Shown piece by piece: positions 1 to 13,394 of a stretch of 64,000 bases of DNA. Source of the stretch: Octopus sinensis (Eukaryota); the NCBI RefSeq assembly GCF_006345805.1, contig NC_043005.1, forward strand, positions 12,276,001 to 12,340,000, read 5' to 3'. The number at the start of each line of letters is the position of its first letter. Within the stretch, counting starts at the first letter, position 1. A program made the translations under genes and the position numbers. The notes beneath the pieces were generated by a model that saw only the letters and a list, made by a program, of their open reading frames with translations, searched no databases and was not told where the DNA came from.

Positions 1-696
1 ATCCAAAAATAGGTTTATGGTCATTAAATGTCACATAAGAGTTCAAGGGAATGAATTTCAACTCATGATCAATCGGTCAGTTAACTGGACCAGTTACGTG
101 AGTCACATATTGAATGTGCCTACTTTCCTATTCCGTCATGTAAAATATATACTCATGTTATCAATAGCTCCGCACAGTCTGATGGCCTCTATTTGTTAAC
201 ATGATGCCTCAAAGATGTAGTTTACAAAAGTGTAGGTTTAGTTGCTAAAAATATGAATTATGTCTTCTGAAAATTCTAAACAAGTATCATAAATGTTTTG
301 GCATATCTGCAACTTAAAGGCACCGAGATATTTTTTTTTTTTTTGTGGAATGTTTTATTTTTCTTTTAAAAAATACTGAAACGCAACAGCCTATTCATAC
401 TGGAAAAGCTATCATCAGAATGAATATATTTATGTAACAATACAGTTTTCAAAATGCGTGTAATATCTATAGACACACACTGAAAAATAGCTGTTAAAAT
501 GGGAAGCGCACTTTGCGAGCATTTTCCCTTTTTCTTTAAGACTTTATTTATTTATTTATTTATTATTTATTTATTTATTTATTATAGTACAGATTGCATT
601 TCTAACAAGCACCTAGATGGGTACATGAAATATTCAAATAGGAATACACATTCAGCTAAATACGCATGTGCGTATGTGGGGTATGCATGTATTTAT

Positions 697-782
<86 letters not shown>

Positions 783-798
783 TATATATGTATATATG

Positions 799-859
<61 letters not shown>

Positions 860-916
860 ATATATATATATATACATATAATATATATATATATATATAG
901 TATATATATATATATA

Positions 917-1011
<95 letters not shown>

Positions 1012-1100
1012 CACATATACATATGCATATATATATACATGTGTTTGAGAGCATATGAGGTGTGCATTTATGTATATGTATATATGTGTGTGTGTGCATG
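697..1100. repeat. Compound (CA)n/(TA)n microsatellite
   Basis: Dinucleotide runs read directly. Representative of dozens of similar tracts, e.g. 1636-1820, 7930-8060, 11795-12010, 19280-19510, 23820-24110, 39975-40260, 52400-52630, 57480-57930, 59140-59325, 59930-60240. Confidence 0.98.
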
Positions 1101-1745
1101 TATGTCTTTTTGCCTATGTATACGGAGATGATCCGAGATAAAGAAAGAATAGGAAGGAAGAGAGAGAGAGAGAGAGAGAGACAGAGACAGAGGGAGAGAT
1201 GAATAAGTATTTTGTGACGAATTTAAAGCTACTTTATCGCATAGTCGAGTAGAAGTAGCAACAAAATAAATGGCAATACCATTAGCGCAGTCACTAAAAT
1301 TGTAACTTCAACAATAACACATGAAAACCATCTACGAAAACAATATCAATAACATGCCTCGTGGTGTATGCAATTGAAAACAGAAGATTACATTTTACAC
1401 ATTACAAAAACACTAATTTCAGATGATAAATACAACAATTAGGGCAAAAAATATATATATACTTCTACTTTACATGATGCAAAACTTTCCGTTGGATAAT
1501 CGCTAATGTATATCGTTTCATTCGGTAAGTTTACACACCCAGACACAAGTTGGTAACATCATGAAAATTGTATGATTAACCATTATAGGTATACCAACAG
1601 CATCAAAGATGTGGTTCCGTAATTATAAAATAATACACACACACACACACACACACATACATATATATACATACGCACACATACGCAAATACACACGCAC
1701 ACACGCACACACACACACACACACACTCACACACACATACACACA

Positions 1746-1810
<65 letters not shown>

Positions 1811-2229
1811 ATATATATATATTCAGAAACAGGTATTCTAAAAAATCTATACAAGCCTCATTGATTTAGAATTATAATTAAACACAGTTAGTTATTAAAT
1901 ATAGTTCTGTCTACCGTTTTTTTTACTTTACTAATTTCAGAAGTTCGTTGCTGTACATGAATTTTTTTTTGAGATCGAATATATATTTTGATCATTTTCA
2001 GTCAAAAAATGTTTACAAACACTCTCCGATACACAAATATTACATCCCACGTAACTATACATTTATACACGAACAAACACACAAACCACATGCATACAAT
2101 CTTAAAACTGTATTGGTGTATAATAAACTGCAATTATAGTTTTGATGATGATGATAATGATGATTAGGAGAGGACAACGACAGCAAAAAAAAAAAAAGAC
2201 CACAAATTCAATGGGATAGCGTTTGTCGA

Positions 2230-2540
2230 GAACATCAATCCCTGTACTCAACTGCTACTATTTTATCGACCCTGAAATGATACAAAGTGTAGTTGACCAA
2301 AGCGGATTTTCAACTCAGAAAAGAAGCAAGAAGCCTCTTGTCCGACTTGCAAATGACTCCGTCATCTCGCTGCATTGATAACAATAGTTATCGTCCTTTC
2401 TACTAAAGGCACGAGGTTCGAAATTTTGAGAGGTGAACTAGACGATTACACCCGCTGAGGTGCTCTATCGGTACTTATTTTATTGACCCCAACAGGTTGA
2501 GAGGTAAGGCAGATTCAGAACGTAATGAGCTAGAACAAAT
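2230..2540 (-). mobile_element. Two degenerate copies of SINE family D
   Basis: Diverged reverse-complement matches to the family D body (TTTATCGACCC..GAAA.GAT.AAAG..AAGT.GAC; GGTACTTATTTTATTGACCCC). Confidence 0.6.
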
Positions 2541-3037
2541 GCATCAGCGATGACGATTATTACAAAGACAGTTTATATATTGTTGTGTGGAATTTATATA
2601 AAAAATATTATTTTGCAAGAGAGGCAGTATTAATACCGATGTCATATTTAACCCCGCTTCATCATTAACATAACCAAATGAAGGTTGAAATCACGTGATC
2701 TGGTTGTCGTGACGCTGGAAGTGGCGGGGGTTCATTTCCCCGCTAGAGATATAAACAAGCGTGCATTTTACACCAGAATGCAATATCAGAGTTTCTTTCA
2801 TGGCAACTACCTCAGTATAGTTTGTTCTAACAGCATATCCACGTTTATACAAAAAAAAAATAATAATGGGGAAAAAGAAAGGGTATGGAGAGATAAGATA
2901 AAAAGTATAGACAATATACAAGAGAACCTGCAAAGAAATCCCAAAGACCAAGGATTTTTCTGACCATCAAGAGCATAAGCCCTTCGCTAACCGCTGCTTT
3001 CCTATCTACAAACGCGTACTTGTTGTACTTCCATCCT

Positions 3038-3469
3038 CTTTTACTCGTTTACTCTTTTAATTATTTCAGTCATTTGACTCCAGCCATGCTGGAGCACCGC
3101 CTTTAGTCGAGCAAATCGACCCCAGGATTTATTCTTTGCAAGCCTAGTACTTATTCTATCGGTCTCTTTTGCCGAACGGCTAAGTTACGGGAACGTAAAC
3201 ATTCCAGCATCGGTTGTCAAGCGATGTTGGGTGGGGGTGGGGTGGGGTGGGGTGGGGGCAAACACAGACACACAAACACACACACACATATATATATGCA
3301 TATATACGATGGGCTTCTTTCAGTTTCCGTCTACCAAATCCACTCACAAGGCTTTGGTCGGCCCGAGGCTATAGTAGAAGACACTTGTCCAAGGTGCCAC
3401 GCAGTGGGACTGAACCCGGAGCCATGTGGTTCGTAAATAGCTACTTACCACACAGCCACTCCTGCGCCT
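3038..3469 (-). mobile_element. tRNA-derived SINE family A, full length
   Basis: Minus strand reads AGGCGCAGGAGTGGCTGTGTGGTAAG (A box-like)...GGGTTCAGTCCC (B box-like), then CCTTGGACAAGTGTC, an internal CA/TA microsatellite and the tail AAAGGCGGTGCTCCAGCATGG...TAAAAGAG. Near-identical to 32108-32521 and 42708-43128. Confidence 0.92.
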
Positions 3470-4074
3470 ATCATCTTAAACTTTCTCCTATAGTCATCAC
3501 CTTTTTCGCAAATACCGGTCGGAGGCACACCCACCATCACCTTCACTTTTTCAAAATCCAACTACTGCTTGTCTGAACAGAAAGATGTCTTGTCTCAATC
3601 CTTTAAGGCTCGTCCTCCACAGAAGCTGTATCTTCATACCCACAAGACAGAGGGGATAATCTTGCCCCACCCTACTGAATGCAGTTGATGAGACGATAAT
3701 CACGATAGACTCATATAATAACCAAATTTATTCTGCATTCGACAACAGCTGAGCAATATAACTACACAAGCCAATAGTACCTGTATACTGCACGAGGGCA
3801 TGCAATTCAATTTTTCACTTTATGAGCATTGCGGACATCGCTTAACATAGCAAATCTACTGTACTAACAGAACCATGCATTTGAGGACGGCACGTAATAA
3901 ACGAGTAGAATGGCCACAGAAGGTGGTATATAAACCTTTAAGGAAAGGTTTGTACTATGTCTTTGTTTAATACATCAAAAGGAATGGGAAGAAGCAAATA
4001 CAAATACTCGGTCGCTTCAAACAAAATATAACAAAATATATTTTCCCTGTAATGGTAAAATACGACGTAGACGG

Positions 4075-4402
4075 TAAAAACCTCCTTCGGTCATAAATGA
4101 CCATGGGATTGAACCAAGAGAATTCCCCTCCGAGGCATATGTCCAGACGAGGTGGTTTACAGACGACCAGCAGTCGGCCATGCATACCAGCTTCCCTCTC
4201 CATGCCAGAGATGTTATCCATGAGAAAGGCAAAGACCGATACAGCTTGGCATCAGTAATGTCGTAATTCATTTCTACAGCTGAATGAACTGGGGCAAATT
4301 GAAATAAAGTGCCATGCTCAAGAACACAACACACAGCTCGGTCTGAAAATCAAACTCGCTACCTCGTAATTGTCAGCCCAACACTCTAACCACTGAGCCA
4401 TG
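4075..4402 (-). mobile_element. tRNA-derived SINE family B (CORE-like domain)
   Basis: Diverged reverse complement of 54248-54568. Head TGGCTCAGTGGTTAGAG and CORE-like TTGAGCA..GCACTTTATTTCA...CAGTTCA.TCAGCTGTAGAAATGA. Confidence 0.88.
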
Positions 4403-6858
4403 TAAGCTTCATGATATAGAAATACGATGTATGCAACAATTATAGAAGTCTACTGATTGAAAATGTCGAGTATACGAAAGAAATGCTCTTTTCCTTAAAT
4501 AATGTTTTAGTCTAATACGTACGTTTTCAAGAGCCTATATTTATTGAAGTTCAACCTGGCCCGATTTCGCACAAATTAGTGAGTAGTTTCCAGATTTCTA
4601 TATCGGAACTAATCTTTAGGTTAGGATGTCTAGAATGTTCGTCATTAAGGAGATCTAATCAGGCCGAAAATCGTTTCCGACGATACACCGACGATATTCT
4701 ACGCGTGCTCAATTTATTTTAAAACACAAGTCTCAGTTCCCCGAGATAAGATATTACAGCAAGTGCTGTTCAACATTTTTTTATACATTTCAAACCTGCA
4801 GGAGAGAAATCTTCAGGCAGGCCTTACCACGCCAGACAGGTCGAGGGGGTAGGAGACAGACAAAACCTTATCGACAATAAATCGAAGCGTCGGCAGCAGG
4901 GTGTGGATTAAGTTATCGGCATGACCTAACTGTACCAGACCCTCCGAAACAAATGAGTGATGAAAATATCTTGATTATTGTTTGTCACTAAAAAGAGACG
5001 TTCCGGAAGCTAAATACAGTCAAAAATTGTATGCCTTTATGTTTTAAAGGTAAGTTTCCTTGTAATATCAGCCTGATTTTTGAATTCAAGTAATACAATT
5101 GTTTAACAACTTACATATGCTATCACAGAAAAACTATGTCTTATAGAAAAAATCTGAAAGCATACTTGAATTCTGAAGATAAAATGCTATTACGTTCATC
5201 TACTTTTGTTTGTGAGACAGAATTTTTCCTCAATTCTGTCGACCAATTATAATTGTCAACCTTATTTTTGCAATAACATAGTACATTTATTGTATAATTT
5301 AATTACTTTGTCACATAAAAACCATGCCTGATAAATTCTAAAGACAGATTCGAAATCTGCATTAAAAGCAATACAAAGTTCTCTATCTTTATTTCATGGG
5401 AGAGCAAAAATTTCGAATTTTTTTGACCAGTGTAATGAGTCTTGCACATTTTTGATAATACAAAATATTTCATTAATCTTATAAAAATGTTCTTTTTTCT
5501 TTTTAATCTAAATACCGCTGTACAAATTTGATAGTAATCACTGGACGTTTTTGATATCGTTGAACATTATCTTGAACTATGAACTTCTCTGGTATTCTTA
5601 AACATGTCTACGAATGAATACCAAGGTTTATCTACGAGTAAATCTTTCCCAAGAAAATAACTTCCGAGCGTTTTACAAGTGATAAATAACAAAGATAATA
5701 AAAAAAAGGCTGATAATAATGATTACTAATGAAGGAAAAGAATTAACTCTTGTAAGTAAGAATGGTTTTCGAATTCACATAACTCCCAGTAAACAAAAGA
5801 AGCCTTTCTATTTCTTCTCCCAGCATCAAGGCTAGGCATTTTTAGCGAATTCTTTCATAGATAAAAAATATTTGTAAATACGTTCGGCATGATATCACCA
5901 GCGGATATGATGTTATTTGCGCGGGTATATTCCAGTTTCATTCATGGCAAGCATTCATTCTTACAGAAGTTAAATTCGTTCACAAAAACATAAGAATGTC
6001 ATCTATGACATACCTTCTTTTTGCAAACTATCTTGTAAAGAATGAACTGAGAGTCTTTAAAGTATCAGAATAGAGAAACCTCGAAACACATTAATGATAG
6101 AGAAACCTTTAAATCAGAAACAGCTGAACATAAATCGGGCTAAACACGAAATAATATACCATTATGAAATGAAGTTACTATCATTCATACAGAAAGGTAG
6201 TGAAAACTTAGAAAAAATCTAAGAAGCATTATAAATAAATATTACTGAAAACGCAATCAATCAGTCCAGATCTGACATAATATAAACGTTGCTGCCATTA
6301 GTGAAAAATGAATTTAAATTTTTCTAAGTTTCCATTGTCGTTCTCTATCAATTATGGAAATGTAATTCCATTGAGCTATTGTCAACGTTGGGTTTATTGA
6401 TTATGTTTTCAACAAGATCTTAAGTCATACATTTACTTTCATATTTCCAATTTTCCACTACGGTTTTCTACATATGCAAAAGGTTTGGATATAGGAGGTT
6501 GAATTCGAATTTTGGAAGTATTATGAAAATCGATAATTTACGGCCTATCTCATTTGTCCGCTGATGACGAAGCCAGATGCTGTTTTATGTGAGTCGAAAC
6601 ACGATTGTCTCCAAACACGATCTATGGAATATTACACGCACACGCACGCACGCACACACACACACACATACACACACACGCACACACACACACGCACACA
6701 CACACACACACATGCATATATATATATATATTTGCATATATGTAAATTTTATGTAAAAATAAACTTGTGACTGCTACTAATTTGGTTAAAGTTCACGCAG
6801 ATTTTAATTAAAAAACTGCTTTCTGTATAATTATGAAATAAATTGTATACCAAATAAA

Positions 6859-7426
6859 ATTCGGTTGTCCGGAAAGTTCGCGCCGACATTTAAAGGAAAG
6901 AAAAAGGTCAATAAGTACGTGCCATTAAATTTTTAATCAACCAAATATGAACCATTTTGTTGCACAATGTGTCTCCATCTTTCCTTTAAGTTGAAAATAC
7001 CTCCTTCCCAGAATTGAGGTGGTTTCATAGCAAAGAATTCATCAAGGTATCTTTTTACATCATCCAAGAAATTTAAATTTTTACCATTAAGACTATTCTG
7101 CAGAGACTGAATAAGTGGAAATCAGAAGGAGCAATATCTGGTGAATATGGAGGGTGGGGTAACACATCCCAGCCGAGCTGCAGCAATTTTTGTCTGGTTT
7201 CCAAAATTTCAAGTACCGAAAATGAACTTTCTTATTTTCCATTTTAAAGGGTTACAGAACTAACACAGGTTATAGGAACATAAACCGTCTTCAACGAAAA
7301 TATAGTTTAAATTGTGATCTAAATGGAGGGGTAGTCAAATCCTATTTTATGGGCTCAACCATGTTCTAATATAAGTCACAAGGTAAGCTACAATAAATCG
7401 GCATGAACTTTCCGGACAACCCAATA
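6859..7426 (-). mobile_element. Non-autonomous mariner deletion derivative with both TIRs
   Basis: About 28-bp TIRs (ATTCGGTTGTCCGGAAAGTTCGCGCCGA / TCGGCATGAACTTTCCGGACAACCCAAT). Minus strand encodes MENKKVHFRYL fused to QKLLQLGWDVLPHPPYSPDIAPSDFHLF (mariner YSPDLAP motif). Confidence 0.93.
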
Positions 7427-7979
7427 GTTAGATTATTTCAAAATTTCGCACAAGGCCAGAAGTTTCGGGGGACCGGGCAAGTCGATTACATTTTTCTTCA
7501 CTTAGTTTTTACAAATACGTTGCACAGCCACAAATAAGCCATTGTTATATGGATATTTTCGAGCACTTTTTGTGCAAAATATCTGTGTAGTGCGCATAAT
7601 GCTTCATATTGAGTATCTATGACCCAAAAAATGTAATAATCTCATAAGCATACGAGGTCACTTTATCGTAATAGAGTTTCATTTGCAAATAATATCATTA
7701 TAAATATCTATCTCTTCAATTATAAATACCGTTCTACATTTATTGTTCACGTTGTCTATATTTCCCAAAAGAATTTTTTAACCTTCATTCATACAGACCC
7801 CCCCACACACACACACACATATATATATATGAGGACTGCCACCATTATGTTGGCAAATAATCTTTACTCTAGAGTATTGTTACAGAATGTTTCTCGTTCA
7901 GAGATTTAGAAATAATAAGTTTTCTATTCTTGTATATACATACACACATACATGCAGACACACATACACACACACACAG

Positions 7980-8059
<80 letters not shown>

Positions 8060-8085
8060 TTCAATTATCACGAAGAATAAAGGCA

Positions 8086-8517
8086 CACAGGGTGTCTAAC
8101 CTGCTAAGAAATGGGAGACAAAACCCCAAGGAACCGCCAAAACCTCTGAAAGTATGACAGAGAATAACAGTAAGCGGGCGAACCGTTAAACAATTAAAAA
8201 CAGCTTATTAAGGATAATGCCAAGTTTTAAGTTCTGAAGCAGTTCTCAGTTGGGCGCAAAATTAAATCAGAACGCTAACGGTTTTCAACTTGATAAATTT
8301 TGAATTTTTTCTCTCAGTAAGTCGTGCTGAAGAGAGTTGAGGCCGGCGAGTCAAGACTTGAAACCAAGGTACATGAATATCCCAATGGCATTATCCTTCA
8401 TGTTTTTAATTGTTTAACCGTTCGCCAGCTTACTGTTGTTCGCTGTCATACTTTCAGTGTTTTCAGTGGTTCACTGGAGTTTTGACTCCTATTTCTAAAT
8501 AGGTTAGACTCCCTGTG
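8086..8517. repeat. Imperfect inverted repeat (arms 8086-8222 and 8386-8517) enclosing a hammerhead motif, abutting (TA)n
   Basis: CACAGGGTGTCTAACC...CTGAAAGTATGACAG...AAGGATAATGCCA is mirrored by TGGCATTATCCTT...CTGTCATACTTTCAG...GGTTAGACTCCCTGTG. Confidence 0.92.
8322..8376 (+). ncRNA. Minimal type I hammerhead ribozyme motif
   Basis: TCGTG-CTGAAGA-GAGTTGA[loop]TCAAGACTT-GAAA-CC-AA-GG-TA-CATGA. Stem I is TCGTG/CATGA, the CUGANGA and GAAA boxes are intact, stem III is short, and the predicted GUA cleavage is after 8371. Confidence 0.75.
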
Positions 8518-8759
8518 CGTTGTTAGTGCTAATTTTAATTTCATAACTCTTTGACGATGTTTAAAAATCTGCCAACCAGCTATATTACTGCTGTTATAAT
8601 TATCAATCCCTTATATTTACCACAGATAGTATTAACAATAATAATATCTCTATGAGTGTTCATGTTTGATTAGTTAATATGCCACTTTACATTTTTAATT
8701 CCACACTTGCGCATTGCTTGTTTTTTTATTTTGTCCACTATATATTATAGTGGAGTTAG

Positions 8760-9307
8760 CTGGGCATCGTCTGTGAGAAAGATAGCACCATAATGCAATT
8801 CACTCTACCAACAATTTGGAAATGACATGCTGAGCTGCATGGCATTTGCACCGGAAGTTCCAGTACGAATAGATGGTGAACAAATTTAACATCCAGTCAA
8901 CATCATTGCGTTTGGAGTGATCAATAGTGATGGCGAAATTATGCCTCCATTCATCTTCCCAGGCGGCCACATGCTCATCACAGAGGTGTCTATTAAGTGC
9001 CCGGAGGAGCTAGTACTGCCCTGGGTAAAAATGGTGGCTGCTGGGACATAATATGTCTAACAACAGGACTGTGAACTATGCCACAGAAGCAGAAGAACCC
9101 AGTCGTAGCTGCCAGATAATTTCTATGACAACATCACCCCTAACAACTGGCCACCTAACGCCCTACACTGCAATCCCCCTTGACTATTATGTGTGGATCG
9201 CAGTTGAGCTAAGGACCAACAAAACTCCTTGTAACATCAAAGATGAACTGTATGCAAGGATTATGGCAGAATTCTCCAACTTAAACAAAGAGACCATCCA
9301 GAAGAGC
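8760..9307 (+). mobile_element. Degenerate DD37D (maT-type, Tc1/mariner superfamily) transposase remnant
   Basis: Reads HPVNIIAFGVINSDGEIMPPFIFP...LPWV...QQD-x37-D(YYVW) with WPPN..CNPLD. Contains stops and frameshifts and is cut off by (TA)n at about 9308. Confidence 0.85.
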
Positions 9308-9343
9308 TATATATATACATATATATATATATATGTATGTATG

Positions 9344-9385
<42 letters not shown>

Positions 9386-10159
9386 CGTAATATTGCAAAT
9401 CATGGGTATGTTGAAAAATGGATGATATTTCACAACCACATTATTACATTCTGTACTGTTGCCAAGCTTTATATAACTTCTTTTTTTATGAGATTCTGGT
9501 TATGAAAACAAGCACGCGAGTACATACCCAATCAGTAATGAAAAAACACAAGAACACACACGCGTGTACTAAAGTAACACGCAGCTTCATTAAAAAAAAG
9601 CTTCTTAATCTACAAGCACAAAAACGTGTCTACCCACCAAACGCTTTGGATAACGACAATCCACAACATCTGCTTTGACTGACACGCAAGAGGCTGTTAC
9701 TTCGTTAGGTGTTATATGGATTCTGCAAAGGAAACGGCTTAAATAAATCCCAAAGAATACGTAACTACATACCTACTAAAATAAATGTCTTGCTCAAAGT
9801 CAGGCTCGAATCTGGAACTACACAAATGCAAAGAAAATTCCCGAATCACACCATTATAAATGTTTCACATGTATTGCAGAAAGTATATCGGCCATTTTTT
9901 TTTCTCTTTTTCTCTTCTGTTTTTCGCAACATTTTTAGAATTTTGAAAAACTTTCCTGTCCGATTCTGCCAAAGGGAAATTCAACCGCTGAAAAAAAAAA
10001 TTATAAAAAACACATACTGCATTATCAAAACTTCCGCTCTTTTACAGTTATGATATTTAATTTTTTTTTAGATTTAACATGTTCTTTCATACTTTCTGTC
10101 TGGCTGGCCGTTTCTTACCTCCACTTCGTTCTCTCTCTCGCCCCACTCTTTCTCTCTCT

Positions 10160-10160
10160 T

Positions 10161-10238
<78 letters not shown>

Positions 10239-10383
10239 CATCTATCTATATATCTATCTATCTATCTATCTATCTCTATCTATCTATCTACCTATATATC
10301 TATCTATCTACCTATCTATCTTTCTATCTATCTATCTATCTACCTATCTATCTATCTATCTATCTACCTACCTACCTACCTAC

Positions 10384-10461
<78 letters not shown>
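10160..10461. repeat. (TCTA)n tetranucleotide microsatellite
   Basis: About 300 bp of TCTA/CCTA units. Confidence 0.98.
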
Positions 10462-10681
10462 GACTGTCTGTCCATCTATTTATATCTCTGTCTCAGTAGT
10501 AATGGGTGTTTATGCATACCAAAATAGAATGAAATTTATCCATCTGGAAAATTCAGTTCCTGGCATCGGTACCTGTTGCTTGAGTTTGAAATTAATTTTC
10601 AAATTCTAATATTCGTAAGAATTGCGTGTCTCAAAAACCAAAAAAATTATATTTATTTCCTAATAATACCTACATACACAC

Positions 10682-10712
<31 letters not shown>

Positions 10713-11009
10713 TGTATGTATGTATGTATAAATGTTTATGTATGTATGTATATATATGTGTTCTTTGATTCTTTGGCTTGATTCAGCCATTTACATGCGG
10801 TCATACTGAAGAACCACGTTAAAGGATTTTAGTCAAAGAAATCGATCCCCAAGGCTTATTCTTTGTAAGCTTAGTATTTATCCTATCGGTAGCTTTTGCC
10901 GAACCGCTAGTTAACAGAGACGTAAACACCCCAACATCGGGTGTCAAGCGATGGTGGGGCATAAACACAGATAGAAGGACACACATAAATATTTATACAT
11001 GCATATATA

Positions 11010-11236
11010 TTTTTTTTTTTGTACTTGTTTCAGTCATTTGACTGCGGCCATGCTGGAGCACCGCCTTTTAGAGTGGTGAAAGAGTACAGCAGGGATCACC
11101 ACCTCCTGCCGGAGCCTCGTGGAGCTTTTAGGTGTTTTCGCTCAATAAACACACACAACGCCCGGTCTGGGAATCGAAACCGCGATCCTCCGACCGCAAG
11201 TCCGCTGCCCTAACCACTAGGCCATTGCGCCTCCAC
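11010..11236 (-). mobile_element. Chimeric SINE: family C head plus family A tail
   Basis: Minus strand: GTGGAGGCGCAATGGCCTAGTGGTTAGGGCAGCGGAC...CTCTTTCACCACTC joined to TAAAAGGCGGTGCTCCAGCATGGCCGCAGTCAAATGACTGAAACAAGTAC plus poly(A). Confidence 0.88.
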
Positions 11237-11244
11237 ATATATAT

Positions 11245-11277
<33 letters not shown>

Positions 11278-11289
11278 CATACATATATA

Positions 11290-11505
11290 AAGGGAAATCT
11301 TACGAAAATAAACAAAGACGAAGGCATGTGGTGTACAGACAAGCAGATGTATTAGTATAGCACTCAGGAATAGAAAAGTCTTTTACGTTTCGAGCCTACG
11401 CTCTTCTACAGAAAGGGACACCGAAAAAACAAGCAGAGAAACAAGGAGAGAAGAAAAATGTGTGTAGTAGCTAACGATCTATCATGGCGTCTGACTTCGG
11501 ACAGA
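11290..11505 (-). mobile_element. Penelope-like terminal fragment with hammerhead-like motif (11378-11417)
   Basis: Minus strand CTTT-CTGTAGA-A-GAGC-GTAG-GCTC-GAAACGTA-AAAG. Flanked on both sides by TA-rich microsatellite. Confidence 0.65.
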
Positions 11506-11549
11506 ATGTATGTATATATACATACATACATATATATATACACACACAC

Positions 11550-11619
<70 letters not shown>

Positions 11620-11792
11620 ATGCATGCATGTATGTATGTATATACAGTTTCCGACAACAAAAATCTACTCACAAGACTTTTGTTTGCCCAAGGCCATAGC
11701 AGAAGATATTTGTCCAAGGTGCCACTCAGTGGAACTCAACCCGGGACCATGTGGTTAGGAAACAAGTTTCTTAGCACACAGCCGTGCCTGCG

Positions 11793-11850
<58 letters not shown>

Positions 11851-12011
11851 ATATATATACATATATATATACATATATATATATATACACACACATACAT
11901 ATATATGCCTACATAAACACACACACATATACATGTATTTATATACGCACATACATATATACATGCATACATACGCACATACATACATACATACATACAT
12001 ACATACATACA

Positions 12012-12192
12012 GACAGTAGAATGGACACGAAGTGCAGCCTCTCTTGGACAAAAGACCACTACATCACATCACACTTTGAAGGCTTTACGTTTGCAATCAA
12101 GGAGCAGGAGATTGCCACAAACTACCTGGTGAACAAGAGAGACGTTCTTGCAATCCCATGATGCAACCGCATGTGTAGGCTATGTCATGCTT
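12012..12192 (+). mobile_element. Fragment of an RLE-type (R4/Dong-like) non-LTR retrotransposon ORF
   Basis: [34 protein letters not shown] followed by CNRMCRLCH, matching the EG...A.QEQ...T...CRLC region that precedes the RLE zinc knuckle. Confidence 0.7.
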
Positions 12193-13343
12193 AAAGGAGA
12201 ATCTGGATAAAGTGGGATTTTCAGAAAGAGAAATCAACCGCTAATTCATACATTTCATGTGCAATCAGTGAGTGGAACAGTAAAACTATGCAAGACTTTT
12301 CTCAAGTTCCAAATGGGAATTTGTCTGTGTTAGCTACATCCCACAGATAGAACCGTGTATCTCCTCAGTAGAAGATTTATAATAATCCAGAAAACAGAAG
12401 AAACAAGTATTGACACTTTTCTACATGATACAAAGCGTGTATATTTTTTTTGTTTTCTTTTAAAGATGATTGGGTATATGTAATAAAAATTATGAGGTTT
12501 TTCTAGCAGGTTGTCTTGCCAGAGAGAATGCCCTTCGTTGAGTCTCGCTGGTGTAATTGACATGCAATGAAAGCGCATCATTTACATGACAGTGTATGAA
12601 TGTTGAAACACATCCTTGCATACACCCATTCACACGTATGCATATCTCTATAAGTACACACACAGTAACCATTTTCCATTATGAGTGTACAATTACTTTT
12701 CATGAATATGTAAGTATATGCACCCATACAACTGTTGCTGATACTGTTGTTGACGTCATTGTTGATTTTTTTTTCTTTGATCATATACACTCTCTGCTGT
12801 ATGAAGAACACATCATGTATATGAAAAAATATTTTGCATTTATGTATAATAATTTGCATGTATAGTCACGTGTGATGCGCAAGTATGGATAAATTCATGT
12901 TTGTCTGCCCGCTGTGTGTATGTGCATGTGTGCGTTTGTGTGTGTGTGTGTTTGTGTGTGTATTTGTCTGTTTATGTGTGCAATTGCGGGTGTAAGCGTG
13001 TGCTTGAACATCTCTTAATATTTTACACCTCAACTAATGCAGTTTTAATGAGGTAGTTTTTCATTGTGTGTCTTGATACTTTACGACCGAGACGTGATAT
13101 AACAGCTGTCCATGTTGATTATAGAGTGCAGGGCCCTGTCTATTCGTCGTTCATACTACCACAAATATTGTTATTGACTTTATTGCTGTTATTCAACCTA
13201 CATGTCAGCCTCGATCGATACATCTATGAATAAATAGGTTCCAGCTCCATTAGTCCCTCTTTTAAACATCAATTATTACACATGCACACATATACATGAA
13301 CACATACACGTACATATGCGTGTGTATGTGTGTGTATGTATGT

Positions 13344-13394
<51 letters not shown>

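Larger units (their letters stand above)
10760..11795 (-). mobile_element. Older SINE family A copy split by nested insertions
   Basis: Tail half at 10760-10985 and head half at 11640-11795. They are separated by a chimeric SINE (11010-11236), a Penelope-type terminus (11290-11505) and microsatellites. Confidence 0.8.

Noticed and set aside
760-1010. Recurrent TT/AA phase flips inside (TA)n arrays
   Set aside because: Most simply explained by slippage or long-read consensus errors; no consistent spacing.
499-1099. Long ORFs rich in YI/HT/CV/LSIY (here and throughout the window)
   Set aside because: They are translations of (TA)n, (CA)n and (TCTA)n microsatellites, which lack stop codons.
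4800-6300. Possible very old RTE-like LINE on +
   Set aside because: Only faint motif resemblance; too degenerate to support by eye.
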